Origin: a virus
Lineage: Duplodnaviria > Caudoviricetes
DNA length: 64,000 nucleotides
IMG/VR virus record: IMGVR_UViG_3300044796_000401
Direction: 5' to 3' (one strand)
Shown: piece after piece, positions 52,209-60,727 of the stretch
Position numbering within the stretch: position 1 is the stretch's first letter
How the letters are laid out: every line of letters begins with the position of its first letter
Notes under the pieces: model-generated
The model's database searches: none
Told to the model about the DNA's origin: nothing
The model's input: the letters and a program-made list of their open reading frames with translations, nothing else
Translations under genes and position numbers: made by a program

Positions 52209-53504
52209 TTACGTCTGAATTTTTCCGAAGGAAATTGATCTTCCAACCTGCGGATTGACATTTTCCCAGTCCTTGCCCGGCACGGTGCGGGGATCAAAAA
52301 GTGGTTCTCCCCCGCCTTGTCCATCCAGCGGATCAGGCCGAACCACGGGATTAAAAAGCGTAGGAAGTCCTTGGTTCAGCGGGATCAGGTAGCGGGTGTC
52401 GCCCGGCGAAAGCAGGCTCACCGTGAAGTCCTGCTGGAGTATGACGCCGCGGGGCATCTTGTAAACCACGTTGCTGATGACGTTCCGGTCGCCGTTGCGC
52501 CGGACGATGAGGTCGCCGTTCTGGACGATGGGGGTGCGGGTCAAGAAGCTCCGGGAGTCACGCGTGGTCTTGATGCCGCCCTCGTTCAGTTCCCGCATGA
52601 TCGCCGAGTCCGGGGGCACGAACAGGAGGTCATACGGGCCGATATACCCGCCGACGAAACCCGTCTCGAAGCATGTGCGGCACCCGGTCTTGCCCTGCGT
52701 CAAGCCCGCGGTGCACCCGCAGGGCTCGCCGCGCCACTTGCGGAACAGCACGTAGGCTGGCTCTCCGACCTCCTCGAAAATCCACTGGTTGCGATTGACC
52801 ATCTCTTGGAATTCCCAGCTTATCTGGTCCACTTCCTGCGTGTTCTTGATCACGCTGCCCCGAGCGCCGGGAGCATGCGTCTCGTGCCCATCCTTGCCCA
52901 CCGGTACAACCGTATAAAATGTGCGATTTAACGCCGTATAGATGTCCACGAGGTTGCTGACCTTGTAGTAGGTGGCCTTGAACGCCGCGATTCCCGACCA
53001 GTCGCCCTTCCACACCACGCCGTTGCTTGCCAGCGGCAATGCTGACAATGCACCGCCTTCCGGAAGAGTGTTATCCATTTTCAGCCAGATCGTGCGGTCG
53101 AAGCCGTCCACCTTTGCTGGGCGGAAAGTCTGGGCGTCATCAAAGTTCCCCGAGACGGAGGTGGTGACGAGGACATCCGTGGGATCGTTGCTGACCACGG
53201 GGCGTCCCTGCACCGCACGGGAGAACGGGGGGTCGGGAATGCGGAATACGAATCTTCCCAATTCTCCTCGTTCGATCCAGTCCGAATCCTGCACGCTGTG
53301 GACGACCTCGACCAACGAGGTCATGTCGCGATAGAAGTGCCCGCCCACGGGAACTTGGCTGATCTTCGTCCAGTTCGCCGGGTAGTCGAACGCCCGGTAG
53401 ATTGAGTAACCGTGAGTTGCCTCTGGAATGTCAGAAAACCAAATATCCCGTGACCCGACGTACGAGCTATTCAGTATTTGAAGGTTTTGTACCATCGGTA
53501 CCAT
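52209..53504 (-). CDS. Neck/head-closure-like protein with FN3-like N-terminus
   Basis: GYSIYRA (FN3-like); GEPAYVLFRK..GEPC.C..CRTCFETGFVGGY and GDLIVRRNG motifs. Confidence 0.6.
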   Translation of the reverse strand: MVPMVQNLQILNSSYVGSRDIWFSDIPEATHGYSIYRAFDYPANWTKISQVPVGGHFYRDMTSLVEVVHSVQDSDWIERGELGRFVFRIPDPPFSRAVQGRPVVSNDPTDVLVTTSVSGNFDDAQTFRPAKVDGFDRTIWLKMDNTLPEGGALSALPLASNGVVWKGDWSGIAAFKATYYKVSNLVDIYTALNRTFYTVVPVGKDGHETHAPGARGSVIKNTQEVDQISWEFQEMVNRNQWIFEEVGEPAYVLFRKWRGEPCGCTAGLTQGKTGCRTCFETGFVGGYIGPYDLLFVPPDSAIMRELNEGGIKTTRDSRSFLTRTPIVQNGDLIVRRNGDRNVISNVVYKMPRGVILQQDFTVSLLSPGDTRYLIPLNQGLPTLFNPVVRPDPLDGQGGGEPLFDPRTVPGKDWENVNPQVGRSISFGKIQT

Positions 53505-53508
53505 CGGG

Positions 53509-56500
53509 CTATTCCTTTAACAATGACGCCTTAAACGGAATTTTGGGCTTCGCATATGTATCTTGAAGTTCGTCTTCATGGGGCTTTCCAAGCATGCTAG
53601 TCTGTCGGGAATCAGAACGAGCCTTTTCCGTGGGCGTCTTCGGGAGTTTGGAAGTTAGGTCACGGACCATCACCGGAAATATCGCACCCGTAATCGGCAC
53701 CGGCTTGAATCCCTGCCCCTTGTACCAGCCGATCAAGTCGAAGCCTTCGCGCTGTTTCCCGGCGGTGTCAACCACAGCCACGACCGCCGTGGCTCCGAGC
53801 TTTTTGGCTTCGGCTATGAAATCATAGAGCAGTGCCTTGCCCAAGCCTTGTCCTCTTTTTTCCTCGCTGACCTCTATCCCCTCCAAGGTGCCGATCTTTT
53901 TGTGCTCCTTCAGCAGACGAGTGAGCTTTGCGATCCCGCGCGTTGCACCCGGCATGAGCATGGCGGCCCATTCACCCAGCTCATCTATCGGAATGACGTT
54001 CCCGTAGGCGTTGCTTTCGCCGTCCCCGACGAGGATATCCGTGTCGGCCTTCTTGCTGAATCCCGCTTGTTTCGATGCGGTCTTGCCCTCAGCCTTCAAT
54101 GCCTTCCGCGTGTTGAGCAGGGCTCTCGCCCGCGCGCCGTAGTTCCCGGCGTCGCTTCTAATTGTGGGCTCATACACGCCGTCGATCAGCCAGCCGCCAT
54201 CCTCGACCTTGTCGGGAGGAATGCCCATCCTCCGGATGAACGAGATATGCGTATTACGTTCCCAGTCGGGATCGGCGAATATCTGCCCGTCGCTCGTGCG
54301 GATGGCGGCGTATTGCCCTTTTTCGGGAATAAGCCCGGCTTCCGGTATCTCTTCGCCAAGGTCTGGAAATTGCTGCATCACTCTTCCCATGTCGGCCTTC
54401 TTGCCGAATCCCGCGACCTTGTCGATGCCGTACCGCTGCCCGAACTCTTCCACCCACTGCCGTACTCGGGGCTCGCACGAAGCCATGGACTCGGCATGCT
54501 CCGGATTCCCAAAGAATCCCTTGTCGTGGTAGAACGTCCCGGAGTCCCACAGGTCCGTCAGGTCGATAATGCGATCCGGCGTCTTGAGAAGCTGGTGATC
54601 GGCGTTGCCCCTGATCTGCCCGCCGAACAAAGCCTGGGCGAACAAGGAGGCGAACTTGCATGCGCCTTTTATGTCCATCGGCTCGCCCTCGCGCCCAAGT
54701 TCAAGGTGGCGCTCCGCCCATTTCTCCTTCAGGAAGTCCTTTGCACGGCCGACCCACTCGTCGGTCGCGGGATAGAGCTTGGCGGCTGTCTTGCCGAACA
54801 GCGGCTTGTCATCCGTGTCGCCCATGAACTTCGCCTCGAACTCATCAGGTAGCCACGGTCCCTTGATGGAGTACAAAGTGACGTTCAGTTCCTTTGCCAT
54901 TTCATCGGCGGAACGTTGGCCCCCGGCATCGAAAGTCTTGCCATCCTTCTTCACGAAGGCGTGGGTGATCTCATATGGAATCTCGTCGCTCCATTCTTCC
55001 CCGTAGTCCGCCGACAGAATGCATATCTCCCCGCCGTTCTTGCGGGCGAAATCCACCGCCCAGATGCCGCAGCCCTCGACCATGCAATAGTCCTCTTCGC
55101 TGGCCTTCTTCGCGGCCGAGAACTTGCCTTCCTGGAGTTTCTTCAAGTGCAGCTTGTACGCATTTTCTTTGCCCGTCAGGTTGTGGAATACGGGAAGGTT
55201 ATGCCAGTCTCTAACACCCTGCGGCGCTTCCGCATCGTAGTAGCGCCCTTCGAATTTGACGAAAGAGTGGGCGGGTTCATCGATGTTCTCCTCCACCCAA
55301 CTGCCGCCCACCTCGAAGTGCTCGGCACCCCTGACCAGCTTCACTAAGTCTTCGGCGAACTCCTGGCAATAGCCGTTGTTGATGCTGTAAGGCGTGTCAT
55401 CGTACTTTTTTATGAGTTCCTGGATGACCATGGCGATGTCGGTGCGTGTCGGGCTCGGAGGTGCGTAACCCTCCGAATACACGCTCGGGTCGAAAGCGCC
55501 CCAATTCACGGGATAGGGGATTCTTTGTCCTTCCTCGTTCGTGACATACTTGGGCGGTTTTTTCGCTGTTTTCTTTGGTTTGGGCTCTTTGAGCTTATCC
55601 CGTGTAGCCTTGCCACCCTCTACGAACCACGCAGCCGCATCGCTCCGATGGCGCAGGATATTAAGAATCTGATCGATGGCAGGATCATTGTCATCGGCGA
55701 CCTTGTTTACCGATGCCGTGCGGACCCAAAACTTTCCCTTTAAGTCACCAACATCCAACTGCTGCTTCTTGAAACCGAAACCACGAGCTAATTGATCGTA
55801 ATACATGTGGACTTTTTCGCCCTCGACCGCTTCATCCCTTGTCGCAATGGTCTCCGCGGTGTGGATCGCCACGTTCTTGATGCCGTGCCTGCGGGCAAGC
55901 TCAAGCAGGCTGGCGATGCCGTACTCCGCCCAGTTCTGGAACAAAGCGATGAGCTTGCGCTTGATCCCTTCCAAGCCTTCGAGGTCGTATCCTTCTTGCA
56001 GCATCCGCTGCTTCGCCTGCCGGAAGTTCTGGGCGGTGATGCCCTTCTCCGCCGCCATCCGCCGCACTTTGTCGTTGGCGAGATTCGCCATGAAATCCTC
56101 GAAGCTGTCCGCCTCGATAACGAGCTTCGCCTGCGAGACGGCGTTCACGAGGTCCGATTGAACTTCATCGACCAGCAGCCAGTCATCATCCACAAAGTCC
56201 ACGCGCAGCCGGCCCACGGTCTTCCGGGTCGCCGGGTGCCCGCTCATCTCGCTGGACTGCCCGACCATGTCCACCCACTTTGCGAGGACGGGGTCTTGGG
56301 CGAGGATGCGCGAGGCGTCGGCGCTCTGGTTGATCCTCAGCACAAGCTGTTCGGCGTCCCGGTAGGAGGTATCGGGGTCGCGGTACGTGGCGTGCTCAAG
56401 CTCGTAGCTCCGCTCCTGCGGCTTGAACTCGTCCATCCAGCGTTCCATGTCCTCGGTCGTTATGTGCGGGCGGTTCTGCCGCGCGTCCATCCACACCTTG

Positions 56501-56673
56501 GGGTACTTCTGCGCGAATTGTTGAAATCGGCGTTGGAAATCCTGCCACGAGAGCGACCGGATGCGGCTGTCTAGGTATTGCTGGTAGACCCAGCGCACCG
56601 CGTCGTATTCCTTGGCGACCGGGGCACTAAGCTCCTGAAGCTGGGGCACGTCGGCTTTCTTAAGAAGACTCAT
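53509..56673 (-). CDS. Giant K-x-A-linked effector polyprotein (EVQSD domain, three Cys-His-Asp domains, GNAT)
   Basis: MSLLKKAD...; DEVQSD domain; three C..H..D modules; VSEEKRGQGLGKALL..WYKGQGF GNAT. Linkers RTAS/KVAD, KKAS, KTAA, KVAG/KKAD and KTAS/KQAG/KKAD. Confidence 0.8.
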   Translation of the reverse strand: MSLLKKADVPQLQELSAPVAKEYDAVRWVYQQYLDSRIRSLSWQDFQRRFQQFAQKYPKVWMDARQNRPHITTEDMERWMDEFKPQERSYELEHATYRDPDTSYRDAEQLVLRINQSADASRILAQDPVLAKWVDMVGQSSEMSGHPATRKTVGRLRVDFVDDDWLLVDEVQSDLVNAVSQAKLVIEADSFEDFMANLANDKVRRMAAEKGITAQNFRQAKQRMLQEGYDLEGLEGIKRKLIALFQNWAEYGIASLLELARRHGIKNVAIHTAETIATRDEAVEGEKVHMYYDQLARGFGFKKQQLDVGDLKGKFWVRTASVNKVADDNDPAIDQILNILRHRSDAAAWFVEGGKATRDKLKEPKPKKTAKKPPKYVTNEEGQRIPYPVNWGAFDPSVYSEGYAPPSPTRTDIAMVIQELIKKYDDTPYSINNGYCQEFAEDLVKLVRGAEHFEVGGSWVEENIDEPAHSFVKFEGRYYDAEAPQGVRDWHNLPVFHNLTGKENAYKLHLKKLQEGKFSAAKKASEEDYCMVEGCGIWAVDFARKNGGEICILSADYGEEWSDEIPYEITHAFVKKDGKTFDAGGQRSADEMAKELNVTLYSIKGPWLPDEFEAKFMGDTDDKPLFGKTAAKLYPATDEWVGRAKDFLKEKWAERHLELGREGEPMDIKGACKFASLFAQALFGGQIRGNADHQLLKTPDRIIDLTDLWDSGTFYHDKGFFGNPEHAESMASCEPRVRQWVEEFGQRYGIDKVAGFGKKADMGRVMQQFPDLGEEIPEAGLIPEKGQYAAIRTSDGQIFADPDWERNTHISFIRRMGIPPDKVEDGGWLIDGVYEPTIRSDAGNYGARARALLNTRKALKAEGKTASKQAGFSKKADTDILVGDGESNAYGNVIPIDELGEWAAMLMPGATRGIAKLTRLLKEHKKIGTLEGIEVSEEKRGQGLGKALLYDFIAEAKKLGATAVVAVVDTAGKQREGFDLIGWYKGQGFKPVPITGAIFPVMVRDLTSKLPKTPTEKARSDSRQTSMLGKPHEDELQDTYAKPKIPFKASLLKE

Positions 56674-56680
56674 AGATCAC

Positions 56681-57925
56681 TCAATAAAGACGGGGAAAGT
56701 CGTCCAATGTAAGGACTTTGAGAGGCTCGTTTCCGTCCTTGTCCCAAAGCTGAACGACCGGAAGCCAACCATGGGATCGGACGGCGAGCAGCTTTTGAAG
56801 CAGGGTGCCGTCGGCCAGTGATTGCGCCAGTGTGTATTCGGACTTGACCTCGATGGCGGTCTGCTTGGATTTGACGCAGAGGTCGGGAAAATACGTGTGC
56901 TGATCGCCGTTCAAGTCCGTCCACGGGAAGGAAATACCGGCGTTGAACAGAAGCTCGTCCTCGGCGAAAGAACGAAGAAGGAAACGGATGGCGCGATCCT
57001 CGTAGCCTTGGTAGTTGACAATGCGGCCGGAAGGGAGGGGCAGTTGGTGGGTATGGTAGAGCGTAGGCTTTACGTTTTTAATCCACCACAAAGCTCGCTC
57101 TGGGTCTTTTCCCGGATGATCAAAACCGTGAATCACCTTGTAGGCGTCTTTGTACTTAGCCCACCATTCTCGTGACCCCAACTCCAATCCATTTTGATTA
57201 ACTTTCCACGTCGCATACTTTTTCATACCAATCTCTTCAACCTGCATGGGGTGTTCGACACCATACTTTTCAAGGTTATTCTTGCGGCGTTTTTCAACCA
57301 CTTCCTCGGATTGAATAGCATGCTCGACGCCGTAGATTTCCTTACTTGTTTCCCTGCGCTTTTTCTGCACAGATGGCAGTTGTGTCCAATGGTCCACGCC
57401 ATAAGTCTTTTGGTACTGCTCACGGACCTCATTAAATACACCGGGGATTTGTGGTCCGTGCTCAACGCCGTAACGCTCCATGTTCGTGTCTTTAATCTTT
57501 TGGGCTAACTCAGGCACATTCACGGCGCTTTTAGCCCCATATTTTTCAACCATCGTGGCTTCGAATCTTTCCTGGCGCTGTTTTTTGAGTTTGGGGTCTT
57601 GAAGGCGTTTTTCATAGCCAGCGACTTGAGCTTCATGATTTGCTTTGGCGGCGACGGGGCACTTGATCAAAGCTGTCCCCTGTCCGCATACGGGGCCGCA
57701 AGCTTGAATCATGGTGGCGGGAGCGCCGCAACCGTAGCAAATCGAGCCCTCGGGAGCGGCCTTCGAGCACTTGTAGCCGTAGCTGGAACAGCAAAGCAAA
57801 AGGGAGTTTTTCAAGAGGAACTTCGCCGGGCGTTGACGGCAAATTTCGCACAGCGCCTCCGTTTCTATCTTGGCAAATGTGCGTTTAGGTGGAAAGCTGA
57901 CGAATTTACGTTTTGTGATGTCCAT
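56681..57925 (-). CDS. Endonuclease with KYGVEH repeats and C-terminal PD-(D/E)xK domain
   Basis: Five [KR]YG..H/S repeats; YQGYE..A, YFPDL..K..AIEVKSEYT nuclease motif; start MDITKRK. Confidence 0.75.
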   Translation of the reverse strand: MDITKRKFVSFPPKRTFAKIETEALCEICRQRPAKFLLKNSLLLCCSSYGYKCSKAAPEGSICYGCGAPATMIQACGPVCGQGTALIKCPVAAKANHEAQVAGYEKRLQDPKLKKQRQERFEATMVEKYGAKSAVNVPELAQKIKDTNMERYGVEHGPQIPGVFNEVREQYQKTYGVDHWTQLPSVQKKRRETSKEIYGVEHAIQSEEVVEKRRKNNLEKYGVEHPMQVEEIGMKKYATWKVNQNGLELGSREWWAKYKDAYKVIHGFDHPGKDPERALWWIKNVKPTLYHTHQLPLPSGRIVNYQGYEDRAIRFLLRSFAEDELLFNAGISFPWTDLNGDQHTYFPDLCVKSKQTAIEVKSEYTLAQSLADGTLLQKLLAVRSHGWLPVVQLWDKDGNEPLKVLTLDDFPRLY

Positions 57926-58087
57926 ACTTATGGTCTCTGTAGTTATAATACTGGACGGGGACAATTTTTGCAAATATCAAATCGGACGCTGCGATGCGGA
58001 GTAGTGACAAGAACGAAACTAAATCAATTTGACCGTTCTCTGACGGTATTGGTGATTTTATGTAAGTTGTTGAAAATGAACTATTTA

Positions 58088-59041
58088 TTATCCGAGTAAC
58101 CAACGATTTTGTCTCAAACCCGCACTATAAGGTCTGTTTGCGGTAAGAAGGGGCGCCCACGTGTTGAACTGCTGGTCGAACGTCGAGCCGAGTGTGTGGT
58201 ACATGCCGGACTTGTTAATATCCAAAGATACACCGTTTAGGCTGTACGAAAATTCGTCAGCCGTCCACCTTGCAGACTCGCCGAGCAGGCAGAACGCCGC
58301 AGCGCCGATCGCGGCGCACTTGCCCCAGTCCATTGGGATGCTGTCGAGCGTCCAGCCCGTGTAGTTCATGGGGTTCCATGTGTTGAGCTTGCCGATGCTG
58401 ATGTCCAAGTTGATGAGGATATCCTCGTCCGTCCAGATGAAGCCCACGCGGGTGCTGTACCCGGCAACCACGCGGCCGGGCGTCGGCGGGCGGAAGTGGT
58501 AGTTGCGGTCGGGATTGTCGTCGCGGAGCAGCTTGCGGACATAGCGGATCGCCTTGGCGTACATATCGGGCGAAGTCTGGGCGCTGGCGATGCTCAGGGT
58601 CTTGCCTATGATCATGCTGGGAGCCTCGAATGCCGGGTCGGCGGGATCGACCGCCTGCACCACGAAGTCCTCGAACACCTGATCCACTGGGGAACTCGGG
58701 TACTGCTGGAGGTACCACGTCAAACGGAAGATTCCGCCCCAAGTTGTCGGAATAGTGATCGGGACGAAGTAAGCCCCTTGCGAGGCGCGCTTGGGAATCT
58801 GGTTGGGTTGGCCGACCAACGCCAGCCCCTCGGGTGGCAGCGGCGGGCCGCCTTGCATATTTTGCGGCTGGTGCAAGTCCCACTCATAGGCTTGAGTCGG
58901 CTTCACCGGGATGGACTGGCTGATCTGGAAGATCGAATAGGTGATATTTTGGGGGTCCAATAAAGCACCACTCGCATCGCGCACAAGAATGGCTAGATTC
59001 CCAGCGTTTAATTGTTGGCCCTGTGTGAAGGTTACGCTCAT
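58088..59041 (-). CDS. Head-tail adaptor/neck protein
   Basis: Ig-like N-terminus; C-terminal helical region LRD.NPD.NY.F..IWTDE..L...N...EFSYSLNGVSL.I.KS..Y as in myovirus neck-1 proteins. Confidence 0.6.
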   Translation of the reverse strand: MSVTFTQGQQLNAGNLAILVRDASGALLDPQNITYSIFQISQSIPVKPTQAYEWDLHQPQNMQGGPPLPPEGLALVGQPNQIPKRASQGAYFVPITIPTTWGGIFRLTWYLQQYPSSPVDQVFEDFVVQAVDPADPAFEAPSMIIGKTLSIASAQTSPDMYAKAIRYVRKLLRDDNPDRNYHFRPPTPGRVVAGYSTRVGFIWTDEDILINLDISIGKLNTWNPMNYTGWTLDSIPMDWGKCAAIGAAAFCLLGESARWTADEFSYSLNGVSLDINKSGMYHTLGSTFDQQFNTWAPLLTANRPYSAGLRQNRWLLG

Positions 59042-59499
59042 ACTGTCCCCGCCTTTCTTTGTACCTGAATCTGTCGCAAGCCCGGACTGAGAACCATCAT
59101 GTCCCCATAAGAGAAATAGTTATTCTTGATTCGGTTGCAAACAACGCATGCTACCACAACATTGTTGTTCTCATACCCCTTCAAGTTGTTTTTCCTGTCC
59201 AAATTTATGGACCAATTTTTGTGCTTTAACCCGTTGCGGGGCGTCCACTGAACTTGTACACCGCAGTAATGGCACTCGACGATTTGCGTGAACTTAAAAA
59301 ATTGTTCAAAAGTCAAGGAACACGGAACGCCGCGTTTCGCAGCATGGTAGGTAAGGCGGTTATACAACCACTCAAAAGGCCGTCGAAGACACCCGCCGCG
59401 ACTCCTTTTATTCGTTGGATAGCCAAATCTTCCGTACGGATGTTTGGCACGCCTCTCAACCCATAGGCTATGTATTTGCCATAAATTCATCCCTATCAT
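59038..59499 (-). CDS. HNH homing endonuclease
   Basis: CHYCG and NLDRKNNLKGYENNNVVVACVVCNRIK motifs. Confidence 0.85.
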   Translation of the reverse strand: MIGMNLWQIHSLWVERRAKHPYGRFGYPTNKRSRGGCLRRPFEWLYNRLTYHAAKRGVPCSLTFEQFFKFTQIVECHYCGVQVQWTPRNGLKHKNWSINLDRKNNLKGYENNNVVVACVVCNRIKNNYFSYGDMMVLSPGLRQIQVQRKAGTV

Positions 59500-59546
59500 A
59501 AGGCTCCAATAGTTTTCTTAGTCGATGCGGGGGCTTCCGCAGTAGC

Positions 59547-60299
59547 TCACCGTTCGATCTCCAGCTTCTTGATGTTGTTCGCGGCCGGGATTTCGAGCAC
59601 GAGGCTCCACGCGATCAGGCTGTAGCCCAGCAGGTCGCGGGCGGAATCCTGCAAGGGCTCGAAGTTGGGAACGATGTCCTCTTGGGACGCAAGCTGGGTG
59701 TACCGGGCGATCTTGTCCCACAGCCGGGGCAGCAATCCCACGACCCCATGCCTGCGGAAGCTCTCGCCGTAGTCCTGCGCCTTGCGGCAAAGATTTTCGG
59801 CGGCGATCTCGATCCGGGCCTTGACCATGTCTTCGGATTCGCAAAAGCAGTCCAAGGGAACGTCCGTGACGACGATCCGTTCCCCGATCAGGCAAAGCAG
59901 GGCCGCCATGTAAACCATGAAGTGCAGCCCCCGCACATACATGTCGAGGAACATCGGCGGCCACTCGGCCAGCGGGGTCTCGGGATTCACCTTCGCCAGC
60001 GCTTCCAGGATGAAAAATTGGTAGAGCCACTGGAGGGTGATGTTTTCGGCCGTGAGGCGATCCGGGGGAAGGTGCCCGAGGACAACCTCGGGATCGGGTG
60101 TGGCATAGGTCGGAACCCCCGCCAAATGCGCCACACCCCTCAGGCCGCAATGTGCTAATTGGTCTGCGGACTGAAGCAGGGGGCGGGCCTCGGCGGCGTT
60201 TATTTGGCCGGGGAGACCGCTTACGATACGTGGCCAGTCCTCGCCGCGGAGCATGACGGTGCTGCTTATTTCTTGCCAAAACCGGATGTTGTCGTCCAT
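59547..60299 (-). CDS. DUF1599/Nmad1-like (MazG-type all-helical) nucleotide-modification-associated protein
   Basis: RKAQDYGESF...G...RLWDKIARY...EPLQDSARDLLGYSLI is the DUF1599 signature; extra N-terminal helical half. Confidence 0.7.
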   Translation of the reverse strand: MDDNIRFWQEISSTVMLRGEDWPRIVSGLPGQINAAEARPLLQSADQLAHCGLRGVAHLAGVPTYATPDPEVVLGHLPPDRLTAENITLQWLYQFFILEALAKVNPETPLAEWPPMFLDMYVRGLHFMVYMAALLCLIGERIVVTDVPLDCFCESEDMVKARIEIAAENLCRKAQDYGESFRRHGVVGLLPRLWDKIARYTQLASQEDIVPNFEPLQDSARDLLGYSLIAWSLVLEIPAANNIKKLEIER

Positions 60300-60321
60300 G
60301 GATACCTAATACTGGAAGGGC

Positions 60322-60534
60322 CTAATGCTTCTCGGGTATGCGGATTCGATTGATGTTGAGGAGCCAGCCGAGGATTTTATGGGCTTTTACTCGGGCAACA
60401 TGCTCGGAGATGCCCAAGTCCCCGTGGTGCATGTCCATCAAGACAGCGGTGAGGTTATCGATGGTCCACTTGCTTTGGTACAATTCCATGATTCGCTCAT
60501 CAGTGAGCTTGACTTCTTCTTCAGGAACGGTCAT
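60322..60534 (-). CDS. Hypothetical protein
   Basis: Start overlaps the end of 60521-60727. Confidence 0.55.
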   Translation of the reverse strand: MTVPEEEVKLTDERIMELYQSKWTIDNLTAVLMDMHHGDLGISEHVARVKAHKILGWLLNINRIRIPEKH

Positions 60535-60727
60535 TAGCATGTCTTCTATCCTTCCCGATTCTGCGCTCGATCTTGTGCTCCTCGCAGCGTTCGCCCCAGA
60601 CGACGGGCTTGCCGCAGAGCTTGGTGCCGAAGTTCCCGGCCAGTTCGGAGCCGTAGGTGTTCCAAACCCGCTCATTATCTGCGGCGTTCTCCCGATCAAA
60701 TACCCATTCCAGGCATCCTTCGTTCAT
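60521..60727 (-). CDS. Small Cys/His hypothetical protein
   Basis: MNEGC...LCGK...RCEEH. Its ATG is the first base outside the right end of the IsrB element. Confidence 0.6.
   Translation of the reverse strand: MNEGCLEWVFDRENAADNERVWNTYGSELAGNFGTKLCGKPVVWGERCEEHKIERRIGKDRRHANDRS

Noticed and set aside
56681-57973. Eukaryotic giant-virus origin suggested by the KYGVEH-repeat nuclease and the glycosyltransferases
   Set aside because: SD motifs, coupled genes, sigma70 promoter, rho-independent terminators, sheath and tube, and IsrB all indicate a bacteriophage.
19064-59499. Additional group I introns housing the endonuclease ORFs
   Set aside because: The flanks are tightly coupled to complete neighbouring genes, and no second P7 pair (GACUA/UAGUC) with P1 context was found by eye. 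A covariance-model scan would be needed to exclude degenerate cases.
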